From an uncultured Clostridium sp. (lineage in GTDB: Bacteria; Bacillota; Clostridia; Oscillospirales; Acutalibacteraceae): 41,619 nt of DNA. Shown one piece after another: positions 24,528 to 34,669 of this stretch. Within the stretch, counting starts at the first letter, position 1; every line of letters begins with the position of its first letter. A program made the position numbers and the translations under genes. The notes under the pieces are model-generated. The model was not told the origin of the DNA, ran no database searches, and was given only the letters and a program-made list of their open reading frames with translations. Location: the NCBI GenBank assembly GCA_964400315.1, contig CAYNUD010000001.1:1-41619 (forward strand), read 5' to 3'.

Positions 24528-24695
24528 GGCTTTGTGCCCTGCAAGCGACTTTAAGCCGCAAAGCACCGAAAACACGACATAAAGTAATTACTGATTAAAT
24601 CTGTCGCGCGTGATTTGGTCAGTAATTGCTTCGGGCGAGTTCGGATGCGTTGGTTGCGACTAAAAATATAAAAACAATATTGAAAGGTGATATAC

Positions 24696-25715
24696 ATGAG
24701 CTACATTAAATTTGACAATTCAAAGGCACTCGACGTTATTCCCATAGGCAGAATAGCTATCGACTTCAACCCCACCGATATGAACAAGCCGCTCTCCGAG
24801 AGCAGTAATTTCAACAAGTACGTCGGCGGTTCGCCCGCAAATATTGCGGTAGGTCTTGCAAGACTCGGGGCGAAGTGCGGCTTCATTGCCCGTGTTTCCG
24901 ACGACCAATTCGGTGACTATGTTGAAAATTATTTCAAAGCCGACGGCATTGACGTTTCACACGTTTTCCGCTGTGAAAACGGCGAGAATCTCGGACTTAC
25001 TTTTACCGAAATTCTAAGCCCCACTCAGAGCAGTATTCTTATGTACCGTGACGGCGTTGCCGACCTTCAGGTTTGCGTTGACGACGTTGACGAGGAATAC
25101 ATCAAGCAGGCCAAGGCTGTCGTTATCTCCGGTACCGCTCTTTGTGCAAGCCCCTCAAGAGAAGCGGCTCTCAAAACTCTTTTCCTTGCAAAGAAAAACG
25201 GCGTAGTTGTTATTTTCGACATCGACTACAGAAGCTACACATGGAAGAACAACGACGAAATTTCGCTTTATTATTCAATCGCCGCAAAGAACAGCGACAT
25301 CATTCTCGGTTCGAGAGAGGAATTTGACCTCACCGAAGCTCTCGAAGGCATATGTGCAAACGACGAGGAGTCGGCGGCTCGCTGGTTCGGCTACGGCAAC
25401 AAAATCGTTATCATCAAGCATGGCAAGGAAGGCTCCGTTGCTTATCTTGACGACGGCTCGGCATACAAGGTTAAGCCTTTCCCCGTAAAGATGCTCAAAG
25501 GCTTCGGCGGCGGCGACGGCTATGCTTCGGCATTCATTTATTCACTTCTTCAAGGCAAGAGCGTACCCGATGCACTCGAATTTGCAACAGCTTCCGCTTC
25601 AATGCTTGTTTCCGCGCATAGTTGCTCTGCGGCAATGCCCTCAGCCGATGCAGTACAGGAATTTATAGATAAGATAAAGCCAACCTCAGGTGAGGTTATC
25701 GAGAAGATTAAATAA
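24696..25715 (+). CDS. iolC: 5-dehydro-2-deoxygluconokinase
   Basis: PfkB family; IGRIAIDFNP, YVGGSPANIAVG, SPSREA, FDIDYR, LKGFGGGDGYA. Confidence 0.92.
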   Translation: MSYIKFDNSKALDVIPIGRIAIDFNPTDMNKPLSESSNFNKYVGGSPANIAVGLARLGAKCGFIARVSDDQFGDYVENYFKADGIDVSHVFRCENGENLGLTFTEILSPTQSSILMYRDGVADLQVCVDDVDEEYIKQAKAVVISGTALCASPSREAALKTLFLAKKNGVVVIFDIDYRSYTWKNNDEISLYYSIAAKNSDIILGSREEFDLTEALEGICANDEESAARWFGYGNKIVIIKHGKEGSVAYLDDGSAYKVKPFPVKMLKGFGGGDGYASAFIYSLLQGKSVPDALEFATASASMLVSAHSCSAAMPSADAVQEFIDKIKPTSGEVIEKIK

Positions 25716-25734
25716 TTTTCGGGAGAAAAATAAA

Positions 25735-26889
25735 ATGAAAAAGCTCATAAGTGTTTTTCTTGCACTTTTAATCGTTTTCGGCACTTCCTGCTTCGCCTTT
25801 GCGACGGATGCTTCGGACTCACTGAGATTCGATTCCGACGGCAAATTTAGAATTCTTATGATAAACGACACTCAGGATGTCGGAAAGGGTAGCAGAAGCG
25901 AAACGGCGGCATTCATCAATGCGGCTCTCGACCGTGACAAACCCGACCTTGTGGTGTTTGTCGGCGACCAGCTTGCGGATATGTATCCGAACGCCACAAA
26001 AGAGGATTACAAGCTCGCTATCGACAAGATAATCAAGCCCCTGCAAGAGCGAAATGTTCCTTTTCTTGTCACTCTCGGCAACCATGACCACGACCGTGCC
26101 GACGTTATGAGTGAGGACGAAATGTTCGAGGTCTACGCATCATATGACAATTGTCTTGCGATAAAGGGAAGCAATGACCCGTTCACCTACAACGTTCCTG
26201 TCTATTCATCAAACGGTGATTCTGTTAAGTTCAACATCTACATGATGGATACCAACAACAAAAAGGACGGCGGCTATGAGGGCATTCGTGCTTCTCAGCT
26301 TGAATGGTATAACCAAACCTCGGCGGCTCTTAAAGCGGCAAACGGCGGCAAACCGGTCCCCTCTCTGTTGTTCCAGCACGTTCCCGTTAAGGAGGTTTAT
26401 TCCTTGTTTACGGAATGCAAATGGTATGATGAAAATGCGGTTTATTCAAGCAGAGACAGTAAATGGTATATTCTCAATGAGAATATGGCAAGCGGTGACC
26501 TCGGCGAAGCCCCGTGCTCCGAGAATTTCGACGTGCAGACAGGTCAGTATCAGGCTTGGGTTGAAAACGGCGATATCATCGGCGCATTCTTTGCCCACGA
26601 CCATGTGAACAATTTTATCGGCACAACCGATGACGGCATAACAATGGGCTACAACGGCGGTACGGGCTTTCGCGCTTACGGAGCCGATTGCGGCAGAACC
26701 ATGAGGGTGTTCGATATCTGTGAAAACGATGTTGAAAATTACGACACTCACCTCATCTATTATCAGGATTTGGTGGGAAAGAAGGGCGGAAATTTATTCT
26801 TTGATACATTTTCCCCCTCATTTCTCAACTCACTTATGAAAATAGCTTATTTCTTCTTCGGATGGGTAATAAACCTTGCAAAAGCGTAG
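25735..26889 (+). CDS. Secreted calcineurin-like metallophosphoesterase (Dcr2/PAP-like)
   Basis: Signal peptide; DTQD, GDQ, GNHD, FQH, HDH motifs. Confidence 0.85.
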   Translation: MKKLISVFLALLIVFGTSCFAFATDASDSLRFDSDGKFRILMINDTQDVGKGSRSETAAFINAALDRDKPDLVVFVGDQLADMYPNATKEDYKLAIDKIIKPLQERNVPFLVTLGNHDHDRADVMSEDEMFEVYASYDNCLAIKGSNDPFTYNVPVYSSNGDSVKFNIYMMDTNNKKDGGYEGIRASQLEWYNQTSAALKAANGGKPVPSLLFQHVPVKEVYSLFTECKWYDENAVYSSRDSKWYILNENMASGDLGEAPCSENFDVQTGQYQAWVENGDIIGAFFAHDHVNNFIGTTDDGITMGYNGGTGFRAYGADCGRTMRVFDICENDVENYDTHLIYYQDLVGKKGGNLFFDTFSPSFLNSLMKIAYFFFGWVINLAKA

Positions 26890-26900
26890 CCACATAAATT

Positions 26901-26939
26901 CAAGAGCTTTCGGTTTTCGGCCGAAAGCTCTTGTTTTTT
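26901..26939 (+). terminator. Intrinsic terminator between convergent genes
   Basis: CAAGAGCTTTCGG / CCGAAAGCTCTTG plus T tract. Confidence 0.85.
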
Positions 26940-26944
26940 ATCGC

Positions 26945-28852
26945 TTAATCCAATTCAAACTGTCCCGTATAGAGCTGATAGTATTTGCCCTGCTCGGCAA
27001 TAAGCTCATCATGATTGCCGCGTTCTATTATCTCTCCGTGTTCAAGAACCATAATGGCATTGGAATTTCGCACAGTGGAAAGTCTGTGAGCAATAACGAA
27101 TACCGTTCTGCCCTCCATAAGCTTATCCATCCCCTTTTCGATAAGCCTTTCGGTTCTTGTATCTATAGAGCTTGTCGCTTCGTCGAGAATAAGCACAGGT
27201 GGGTCTGCAACGGCAGCTCTCGCTATGGCAAGAAGCTGTCTTTGACCCTGCGAAAGATTTGCGCCGTCGCCCGTAATCACCGTATCGTAGCCATCGGGCA
27301 AACGTGTTATAAAAGAATCGGCGTTTGCGAGCTTTGCGGCCGCAACGATTTCTTCGTCCGTAGCATCAAGTCTGCCGTAGGCAATGTTGTCTCTGACCGT
27401 ACCGGTGAAAAGATGCGTATCCTGTAGCACCATGCCCATGGAACGGCGCAGATCCGATTTTACTATCTTCTTGATATTTATCCCATCATAGGTTATCTTA
27501 CCTTCGGCAACATCATAGAATCTGTTTACAAGATTGGTTATCGTGGTCTTACCAGCACCCGTCGAGCCGACAAAGGCTATTTTTTGACCCGGCTTTGCAT
27601 AGAGAGAAACATTCTTCAAAACCGTCTTTTTGCCGTCATAACTGAATGTGACATTGTGAAAACGGACATCACCCCTCCATTCCGTGTAGGTCAGCGTACC
27701 GTCTGAGTGCGGATGCTTCCATGCCCACATTCCTGTGCGTTCATTGCATTCGGTAAGGCTTCCGTCGGAGTTCTTCTTTGCATTTACAAGCGTAACGTAG
27801 CCGTCATCCTCCTCGACGGGCAAATCAATTATTTCGAAAATTCTCTCCGCACCCGCAAGTGCCATGATGATATTATTAAACTGCTGTGATATCTGCGTTA
27901 TCGGCTGGAAAAACTGCTTCGTATAAGTCATAAAGGAAAGCAACGTACCGACTGTGATTGCAAAGAACGATTCCTCGGGAAGTGCGATTATCAATGCCGA
28001 ACCGAGCATCGCAACGGCGGCGTAAGAAAGATAGGATATATTACCCATTATCGGCATGAGAATGCTTGCAAAGGTATGTGCATTCGTTGCCGCGTGGCGG
28101 AGCTTTCCGTTAATTTTTTTGAAATCCGAATTTGCCTTTTGCTCATGGCAGAAAACTTTTACAACCTTTTGCCCTTCAATAAATTCTTCGATATATCCGT
28201 TGACATCGCCGACACATTTTTGCTGTTCTCTAAAATATTTTGCGCTCTTTCCGCCGAGTATTTTAATTGCCGTGAACGAAAACACGAGCATAAGCAATAC
28301 AACGAGCATGAGCAACGGACTGAGGGTAAGCATAACCGTAAATGTCGCAATGACCGTTACAACAGAGGAAACAAGTTGTACGAGACTTTGACTTATGCAC
28401 TCTCTCAGCGTATCGACATCGTTTATATATCGGCTCATCAGCTCGCCGTGGGTATGCTTATCAAAAAAACTTACGGGCAAATCCTGCATATGATTAAACA
28501 AATCGGCTCTTATGATATTCAGCGTATTCTGTGAAACCTGAAGCATTATTCTCGAATATCCGAAAGAAGCAAGTACACCGGAAATATATACTCCCGCAAG
28601 TACGGCAAGCGTTTTTGCAAGCGGCGCAAGCAATTCACGGGTGATTTCACTGCCGATTATCGGAAGAAGATAATCGTCCGTAATGCTTTTTATGAAATAT
28701 GTGCCCGCAATTCCCGCAAGCGAACTGATAATAACAAGCAGGAAAACCGGTATAAACAGCTTTTTCGATTTTCCGAGATAACCGAGCAGTCTTTTGAAGG
28801 TTGCTACGGTATTCTTCGGCTTTTGAAATCCCTTATTTTTTACGGGCGCCAT
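26945..28852 (-). CDS. ABC exporter subunit (TMD plus NBD)
   Basis: GSTGAGKT, LSQGQ, LILDEAT, IAHR. Confidence 0.95.
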   Translation of the reverse strand: MAPVKNKGFQKPKNTVATFKRLLGYLGKSKKLFIPVFLLVIISSLAGIAGTYFIKSITDDYLLPIIGSEITRELLAPLAKTLAVLAGVYISGVLASFGYSRIMLQVSQNTLNIIRADLFNHMQDLPVSFFDKHTHGELMSRYINDVDTLRECISQSLVQLVSSVVTVIATFTVMLTLSPLLMLVVLLMLVFSFTAIKILGGKSAKYFREQQKCVGDVNGYIEEFIEGQKVVKVFCHEQKANSDFKKINGKLRHAATNAHTFASILMPIMGNISYLSYAAVAMLGSALIIALPEESFFAITVGTLLSFMTYTKQFFQPITQISQQFNNIIMALAGAERIFEIIDLPVEEDDGYVTLVNAKKNSDGSLTECNERTGMWAWKHPHSDGTLTYTEWRGDVRFHNVTFSYDGKKTVLKNVSLYAKPGQKIAFVGSTGAGKTTITNLVNRFYDVAEGKITYDGINIKKIVKSDLRRSMGMVLQDTHLFTGTVRDNIAYGRLDATDEEIVAAAKLANADSFITRLPDGYDTVITGDGANLSQGQRQLLAIARAAVADPPVLILDEATSSIDTRTERLIEKGMDKLMEGRTVFVIAHRLSTVRNSNAIMVLEHGEIIERGNHDELIAEQGKYYQLYTGQFELD

Positions 28853-30591
28853 TATGCCACGCTCCCTTCCTGCTGTGATTTGTAAACCTCGGTATATATT
28901 TCGTTTGTACCGAGCAATTCATCATGCGTTCCGACGGCGTTGATTTTTCCGTCGTCAAGCACTATTATTCTGTCCGCATGCTCAACCGAGCTTATCCGCT
29001 GAGCAACTATAATTGTGGTGATATCACCGTGATTCTCCTTGAAACCGCTTCGAATTTTGGCATCGGTAGCCGTGTCCACGGCGCTTGTGCTGTCGTCAAG
29101 TATGAGCACCTTGGGCGATTTGAGCAATGCTCTTGCAATGCAAATTCTCTGCTTCTGACCGCCCGAAAGATTAGCTCCGCCTTGACCGAGATAAGTGTCG
29201 TAGCCGTCGGGGAAAGCCGTTATGAAGTCGTGCGCCTGTGCCGTCTTGCACGCCTGCTCTATCTGCTCACGGGTCGCATCTTCGTTGCCCCAACGCAAAT
29301 TTTCTTCGATTGTTCCCGAGAAAAGAACATTCACCTGCAACACCATTGCAACTGCATTGCGAAGCTTATCAAGCGTATACTCTTTAACAGAATGACCGCC
29401 GACGCGCACATCTCCCTCGGTGACATCGTACAATCTCGGTATAAGCTGAACAAGCGTTGTTTTTGCCGAACCCGTGCCGCCGATAATTCCCACCGTTTCA
29501 CCCGAGCGAATGTGCAGATTGATATTGTCAAGCACATTTTTTTTGCCGTCCGCTTTATATTTGAAAGAAACACCTTCAAAATCAATGCTTCCGTTTTCAA
29601 CGGCAAGAGCCGAATTCGCTTCGCCGTCGTTGATATCGGGTTCTTCATCAAGTACCTCGACAACTCTTGTCATGGATGCACGGGACATTATTGCCATGAC
29701 GAATATCATAGATATCATCATCAGTGACGACAGAATCTGTGTAACATAGGTTATAAAAGCGGTGAGGTCGGGCGCCGTCATCGTACCGCCTATTACCTGT
29801 TGACCGCCGAACCAGAAAATTGCGATTATACATGCATAAACCGTCAGCATCATCATCGGACTTGAAAGTATAAGCACCTTTTCCGCGGCTACAGAGGCAT
29901 CCTTTAATTCGTCATTTGAAATCTTAAATTTTTCCTTTTCTTGCTTTGCTCTTACGAACGCCTTGATAACCCTTATTCCTATCAGTGTCTCCTGCACCGA
30001 AGCGTTGAGGCCGTCAATCTTCTTCATCATTTTTTTGAAACGGGGCAGAGCAACGCTCCCCATAATGCCCAAAAAGACAATCAAAAACGGTATCGCAAAC
30101 AAAAAGATTCTTGAGAGAGAAGCGTTGAGCCTATGCGCATAAACAAACGACATGACGAACATAAGCGGCGCGCGGACAACGATTCTTAGCACCATTGTAT
30201 ACGCCATCTGCATGGTATTGACATCCGTTGTCATTCTCGTTACAAGCGATGCCGTGCTGAATCGGTCGATATTCGAAAAAGAAAAGCTCTGTATTTTTGC
30301 GAACACAGCCTCTCTTATGTTTGCGCCGACACCCATACCCGCTTTTGCGGCGAAACGTGCCGCAAGTGCGCCTGCTATCAGGGAAATTATCGCCATGCAA
30401 ATCATCTTAATGCCTTGTCGAATAATATATTCCATACCGGCGCCGCCCTCTATGCCGGTATTGACCATTTCCGACATAACGAACGGAAGCTGTACTTCCA
30501 TGATTACTTCAATGAGTATCATGAGCGGTGACATCAGTGATACCAAACGGTAGCCTTTTGTGTGTCGGGATATTGTTTTAATCATTCGCAA
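28852..30591 (-). CDS. ABC exporter subunit (TMD plus degenerate NBD) of a heterodimer
   Basis: GGTGSAKT, LSGGQ, LILDD, VAQR. Confidence 0.95.
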   Translation of the reverse strand: MRMIKTISRHTKGYRLVSLMSPLMILIEVIMEVQLPFVMSEMVNTGIEGGAGMEYIIRQGIKMICMAIISLIAGALAARFAAKAGMGVGANIREAVFAKIQSFSFSNIDRFSTASLVTRMTTDVNTMQMAYTMVLRIVVRAPLMFVMSFVYAHRLNASLSRIFLFAIPFLIVFLGIMGSVALPRFKKMMKKIDGLNASVQETLIGIRVIKAFVRAKQEKEKFKISNDELKDASVAAEKVLILSSPMMMLTVYACIIAIFWFGGQQVIGGTMTAPDLTAFITYVTQILSSLMMISMIFVMAIMSRASMTRVVEVLDEEPDINDGEANSALAVENGSIDFEGVSFKYKADGKKNVLDNINLHIRSGETVGIIGGTGSAKTTLVQLIPRLYDVTEGDVRVGGHSVKEYTLDKLRNAVAMVLQVNVLFSGTIEENLRWGNEDATREQIEQACKTAQAHDFITAFPDGYDTYLGQGGANLSGGQKQRICIARALLKSPKVLILDDSTSAVDTATDAKIRSGFKENHGDITTIIVAQRISSVEHADRIIVLDDGKINAVGTHDELLGTNEIYTEVYKSQQEGSVA

Positions 30592-31084
30592 TGCCCTCCT
30601 TTGCTTCTTTTATCATATTTTTGATAATCTGTCCCTCACTGAGATTCCCTCCCGAAAGATTATCCGACATGCGGCGAAGCATGGACAAAAACATCTCAAC
30701 TTCCCTATCGGTAAAGCCGTCAAACATCATTTTGTCTACCTTTTCACATTCGGCATGTCCCTCAAAAAAGGTCTTTTTACCTCTTTCCGTCACCGAAATT
30801 CGGTTTATTCTGCGGTCATTCTCATCCTCTCGGCGTTCAACAAAGCCCGCCTTACACAGGCGCTTTATACTTGTTGCAACGCTTGCGGTTGAAACACCGA
30901 GTGCTTCGGAAAGCTCAACCTGTGAACAGCCGCCGTGCGATATCAAATATCCGAGCACTTCGGGCTGACCCCGATATAAATTCAGGTGTGAAACAGCCGA
31001 GGATATTCTGTAACGGTGCAAAAGGCTTACTTTTCGCAGCTCATGCGCCGCATCAACAAGCTTTATTTCCGGATTTCCGTCCAT
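30578..31084 (-). CDS. MarR-family regulator
   Basis: SQVELSE.LGVSTASV..SIKRL..AGFVERR.DENDRR. Confidence 0.92.
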   Translation of the reverse strand: MDGNPEIKLVDAAHELRKVSLLHRYRISSAVSHLNLYRGQPEVLGYLISHGGCSQVELSEALGVSTASVATSIKRLCKAGFVERREDENDRRINRISVTERGKKTFFEGHAECEKVDKMMFDGFTDREVEMFLSMLRRMSDNLSGGNLSEGQIIKNMIKEAKEGIAND

Positions 31085-31106
31085 TTTGTTCTCCTTTCGA
31101 CATATT

Positions 31107-31174
31107 ATTAGCCGATTAATAATTAACCGATTAACGATATTGTAAATATTAACGCCTCAAGACCGCAAAGTCAA
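31107..31174 (-). promoter_or_regulatory. Promoter and tandem candidate MarR operators
   Basis: TTGACT-17 bp-TAATAT; ATTAGCCGATTAAT (31107-31120) and ATTAACCGATTAAC (31122-31135). Confidence 0.55.
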
Positions 31175-31208
31175 GAGGCGAAAGGGATTTTTTACAAACC
31201 GTTCAAAA

Positions 31209-31901
31209 TTATCTTGCTACCTCGCCGGTTATCGCATTAATCACATTTTGAAAAACCGCAACGTGGGAGCCCGAAATATATTTATCAAGATGCATGGAGC
31301 CGAAAAACCAACGCCTGAAGCGACAGGATTCGGAAAGCTCTTCGAGATATGTGTTAAGTCCCGTAACGCTTGCCGTTTCGGAATCCTTGAGCATAAGAAA
31401 ACTCTTGATTTTAACGGGAGGCTCATGAGTTATTATATAGTCGACACGGCAATTATGCTTTTCGATATTCTCCGCACCCTCAAGCAATTCTTCACGGCTC
31501 GGAAACTCCTCTTTGGACCATGCATTTTCTTCAAAACGAATATCTATATCGGGACTTTCTCCTCCGCCCATGGTGAAGAAAGTCATGTTGTCTATTCGAA
31601 AAATCTGTCCCCTCATCAGATGATATAGATTTCCGCAGATGTTGTGAACCTTTCCGCCGTTCCACTCGGTCACCGGATAGGCATTAAGAAGTTCAAAATT
31701 CTCGTGAGTTCCGTCCACGAAGCAAATATTGAATTTCTTGTTGCCGAGCTTTTTCAGCATTTTCTGCTCCGTCTTACTGTTATCCCAAACAAAGCCGAAG
31801 TCACCGCAAACTATCAGTGTATCGCCCTTTTTCAGTCGTTTTACGGCGGGGGAATCAAAACGTGCTGCATCGCCGTGCATATCCCCTGTTACATATACCA
31901 T
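31209..31901 (-). CDS. Cytoplasmic metallophosphoesterase
   Basis: GDMHG, GDFG, DGTHE, ITHE motifs. Confidence 0.85.
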   Translation of the reverse strand: MVYVTGDMHGDAARFDSPAVKRLKKGDTLIVCGDFGFVWDNSKTEQKMLKKLGNKKFNICFVDGTHENFELLNAYPVTEWNGGKVHNICGNLYHLMRGQIFRIDNMTFFTMGGGESPDIDIRFEENAWSKEEFPSREELLEGAENIEKHNCRVDYIITHEPPVKIKSFLMLKDSETASVTGLNTYLEELSESCRFRRWFFGSMHLDKYISGSHVAVFQNVINAITGEVAR

Positions 31902-32076
31902 AAGAATAGTCCTTGTCGTATGTTAAACCGCTTATCATAGATAATACCGCAATACGGCAAAAAAATCAAGGAGAAAGATACACCAAAATAAAAAATTCAT
32001 TTTCGTATTTATTTTTGCGTTATTGTATGTTATACTTATTTATCATAAGACAAATCGAATGAGCGGGATTATTATT

Positions 32077-33438
32077 ATGAAAAGATTTCTTTGTATCACT
32101 CTTTGCATCATTACAGCGGTTATTTCGTTTTTCACTGCGGCCAATGCAACATATGATGCCGAAATGGAAGAACTCGGTCTTTATTCGGAATGCTTGCTTC
32201 TCATAAGTGCGGATAACGGTGAGGTCATATTTGCCAAAAACGAAACTATGCAGTCAGCGCCCGCAAGCCTTACTAAAATCGTTACCGCCTGTGTCGTGCT
32301 CGAAAACTGCAACGATTTAACCGCTCCCGTAACCGTTACGGAACAGAGTCTGCATGAGCTTGACGGCACGGGCAGCTCACTGGGCGGCTTAAAAGTCGGA
32401 GAAACACTCAGTATTTACGATATGCTCTGTTGTCTGCTTCTTCAAAGCGCAAACGAAGCGGCAACAACTCTTGCCAATTACGTATCGAACGGTGACAGAG
32501 CTGCTTTCATCGAGAAAATGAATGAGCTTGTAAGCCGTCTCGGCTGTAACAACAGTCATTTTATGAATCCGCACGGACTTGACGACGACGACCAATATGT
32601 ATCCGCCGAAGATATCGCAACAATCTTTAAGTATGCGCTTGAATTCCCCGCATTCTCGGAGATAGTGTCAAAAAACAGCTACACTCTACCCGAAACAAAT
32701 ATGCAAAAATCGCGAACGATTCATTCGACAAATTTCATGCTCAACAGCGCATATAAGGATTATTATTGCAAATATGTTAAGGGCGGCAAAACGGGAACAA
32801 CCTCCAAAGCAGGCCGCTGTGTTGTTACTACCGCCTCAAATGACGGATACAATTACATAGCCGTTGCAATGCGTTCGATTTTTGAGGATGTTGATCGTGA
32901 CGGCGTTGAAGAAAACGGAGCTTTCCTCGACTGTAAAAAAATGCTTGAATGGACCTTCAAAAACATTCGGCTTGTCGCTGTTTGCAATCCCGAAAAAATC
33001 GTGACCGAAGTACCCGTAAGATACGCTTCGTCAACGGACTATGTCTCTCTTGTTCCGTCGGAGACAAAATACAGTCTTGTTCCTACGGGGACGGATTCCG
33101 ACAGCCTTTTGATTGAAGCGATACCCGAAACCTTGCCCGAAATCGTAGATGCTCCCATCAAAGAGGGACAGGTTATCTGTAAAGGCAGAGTACTTTACGC
33201 AGGAAGGGTTATATGCGAAATCGACCTTGTTTCACGCACTCAGATAAAACGCAGCTTTCTTGCCTTTATCGGTACGGAGCTTAGGGCGCTTTTCTCCTCA
33301 TGGATATTCAGAATCCTTGCTGCGGCTGTAATTATAGCTTTGATAATATTACTTATTCTTCGCCGCAAAAGCCGTTTAAAACAGTCGGGCGGTGCTTACA
33401 GGGTGCTCAACTACAATGACTTTAAAAACCTTAAATAA
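32077..33438 (+). CDS. D-alanyl-D-alanine carboxypeptidase (peptidase S11)
   Basis: Signal peptide; SLTK, SAN, KTG motifs; C-terminal TM anchor. Confidence 0.93.
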   Translation: MKRFLCITLCIITAVISFFTAANATYDAEMEELGLYSECLLLISADNGEVIFAKNETMQSAPASLTKIVTACVVLENCNDLTAPVTVTEQSLHELDGTGSSLGGLKVGETLSIYDMLCCLLLQSANEAATTLANYVSNGDRAAFIEKMNELVSRLGCNNSHFMNPHGLDDDDQYVSAEDIATIFKYALEFPAFSEIVSKNSYTLPETNMQKSRTIHSTNFMLNSAYKDYYCKYVKGGKTGTTSKAGRCVVTTASNDGYNYIAVAMRSIFEDVDRDGVEENGAFLDCKKMLEWTFKNIRLVAVCNPEKIVTEVPVRYASSTDYVSLVPSETKYSLVPTGTDSDSLLIEAIPETLPEIVDAPIKEGQVICKGRVLYAGRVICEIDLVSRTQIKRSFLAFIGTELRALFSSWIFRILAAAVIIALIILLILRRKSRLKQSGGAYRVLNYNDFKNLK

Positions 33439-33458
33439 TTTCACGGAGGTGTAAAGCT

Positions 33459-34616
33459 ATGAAACTTTACAAAGGCAGAGGAAGAAAAGAGGATACTAAA
33501 CAGCTAATCGAGGTGCTTGATGATGTTTTCTTCCGTGACGATGAGGATAATCGTGATTTTTTAACACTTCTTCCGAAGCTCTATAAAGACAAATATGAGC
33601 CTGCATACAACAATCTTGTCGTTATGGAGGACGAAAAAATTAAGGCGGCGATAGGCCTTTATCCGCTCACCGCAATTGCCGCAGACAGAACAATCAGAGT
33701 CGGCGGTATAGGCAACGTCGCCGTTGCAAGAGACTCAAGGGGCAAAGGCTATATGATAGACCGCCTTAATGCCTGCCTCGACATTATGAAAGACGACGGC
33801 ACGGTTTATTCCGTTCTCGGCGGTCACAGACAACGTTACGGCTATTTCGGTTATGAGCCTGCCGGAATCAGCGTTTGCTTTTCAATAAACGAAAGAAATC
33901 TTCATCATGTCCTCGGCGGCGAAATAGAATGCCGTTTCACCTCCCGTGAGGTTACCGAAGAGGACACCGAGCTTCTCGCAAAAATCAAGTCGCTTTATGA
34001 AACGCAGCCGTTTCACTTTGTCCGTCCCGACGGAGATATGCTCGACATTCTCAGGAGCTGGAGAAGCAAGCCCTATGCGGCCTTTGACGGAGATAGATTC
34101 GCAGGATATTTTGTTCTTTCCGATGGAGGTAATATTTCCGAAATCGGATCTGCCGAAGGCACAGAGCTTCTCGACGTTGTAATTTGCGCAATGAATGCAG
34201 GCTCCCGTGACAAGGTCAGCTTTTCGCTTCCCGTTTACGATACGGAAAACTGCGAAACAATGGCTCGAATTTGCGACTCATACCATCTTTCTCACTGCGA
34301 AATGATAAACATTCTCGACTACGCCGCCTTCATTGAAGCGTTCCTCGCAGTCAAAGCGCAAAGAACAGCTCTCACAAGCGGTACTCTCGTTATGTTAATT
34401 CACGGATTCAAGGGCGATGAAAGACTTGAAATCACCGTCAGCGGCAATAAGGTCAGCGTTTCAAAGACGGAAAAGCCCGCCGATATCGAGCTCGAACACC
34501 GAGAAGCGGTAAGATGCATTTCCGCACTATACTCCGAGGCGCGAACCCGTCTCCCCGCCTTTGCGGCAGGATGGTTCCCTGTTGACTTCTTCGCCTTTTC
34601 TCAAGACAACGTTTAA
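33459..34616 (+). CDS. GNAT acetyltransferase, Eis-like
   Basis: IGNVAV...SRGKGYM, YGYFGYE; SCP2-like C-terminus; GGAGG RBS. Confidence 0.8.
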   Translation: MKLYKGRGRKEDTKQLIEVLDDVFFRDDEDNRDFLTLLPKLYKDKYEPAYNNLVVMEDEKIKAAIGLYPLTAIAADRTIRVGGIGNVAVARDSRGKGYMIDRLNACLDIMKDDGTVYSVLGGHRQRYGYFGYEPAGISVCFSINERNLHHVLGGEIECRFTSREVTEEDTELLAKIKSLYETQPFHFVRPDGDMLDILRSWRSKPYAAFDGDRFAGYFVLSDGGNISEIGSAEGTELLDVVICAMNAGSRDKVSFSLPVYDTENCETMARICDSYHLSHCEMINILDYAAFIEAFLAVKAQRTALTSGTLVMLIHGFKGDERLEITVSGNKVSVSKTEKPADIELEHREAVRCISALYSEARTRLPAFAAGWFPVDFFAFSQDNV

Positions 34617-34631
34617 TAAGATAAAAACATA

Positions 34632-34669
34632 CGAGGCAGTTTGCTTTGAACAAACCGCCTCGCTTTTTT
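34632..34669 (+). terminator. Intrinsic terminator between convergent genes
   Basis: CGAGGCAGTTTG / CAAACCGCCTCG plus T tract. Confidence 0.75.
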
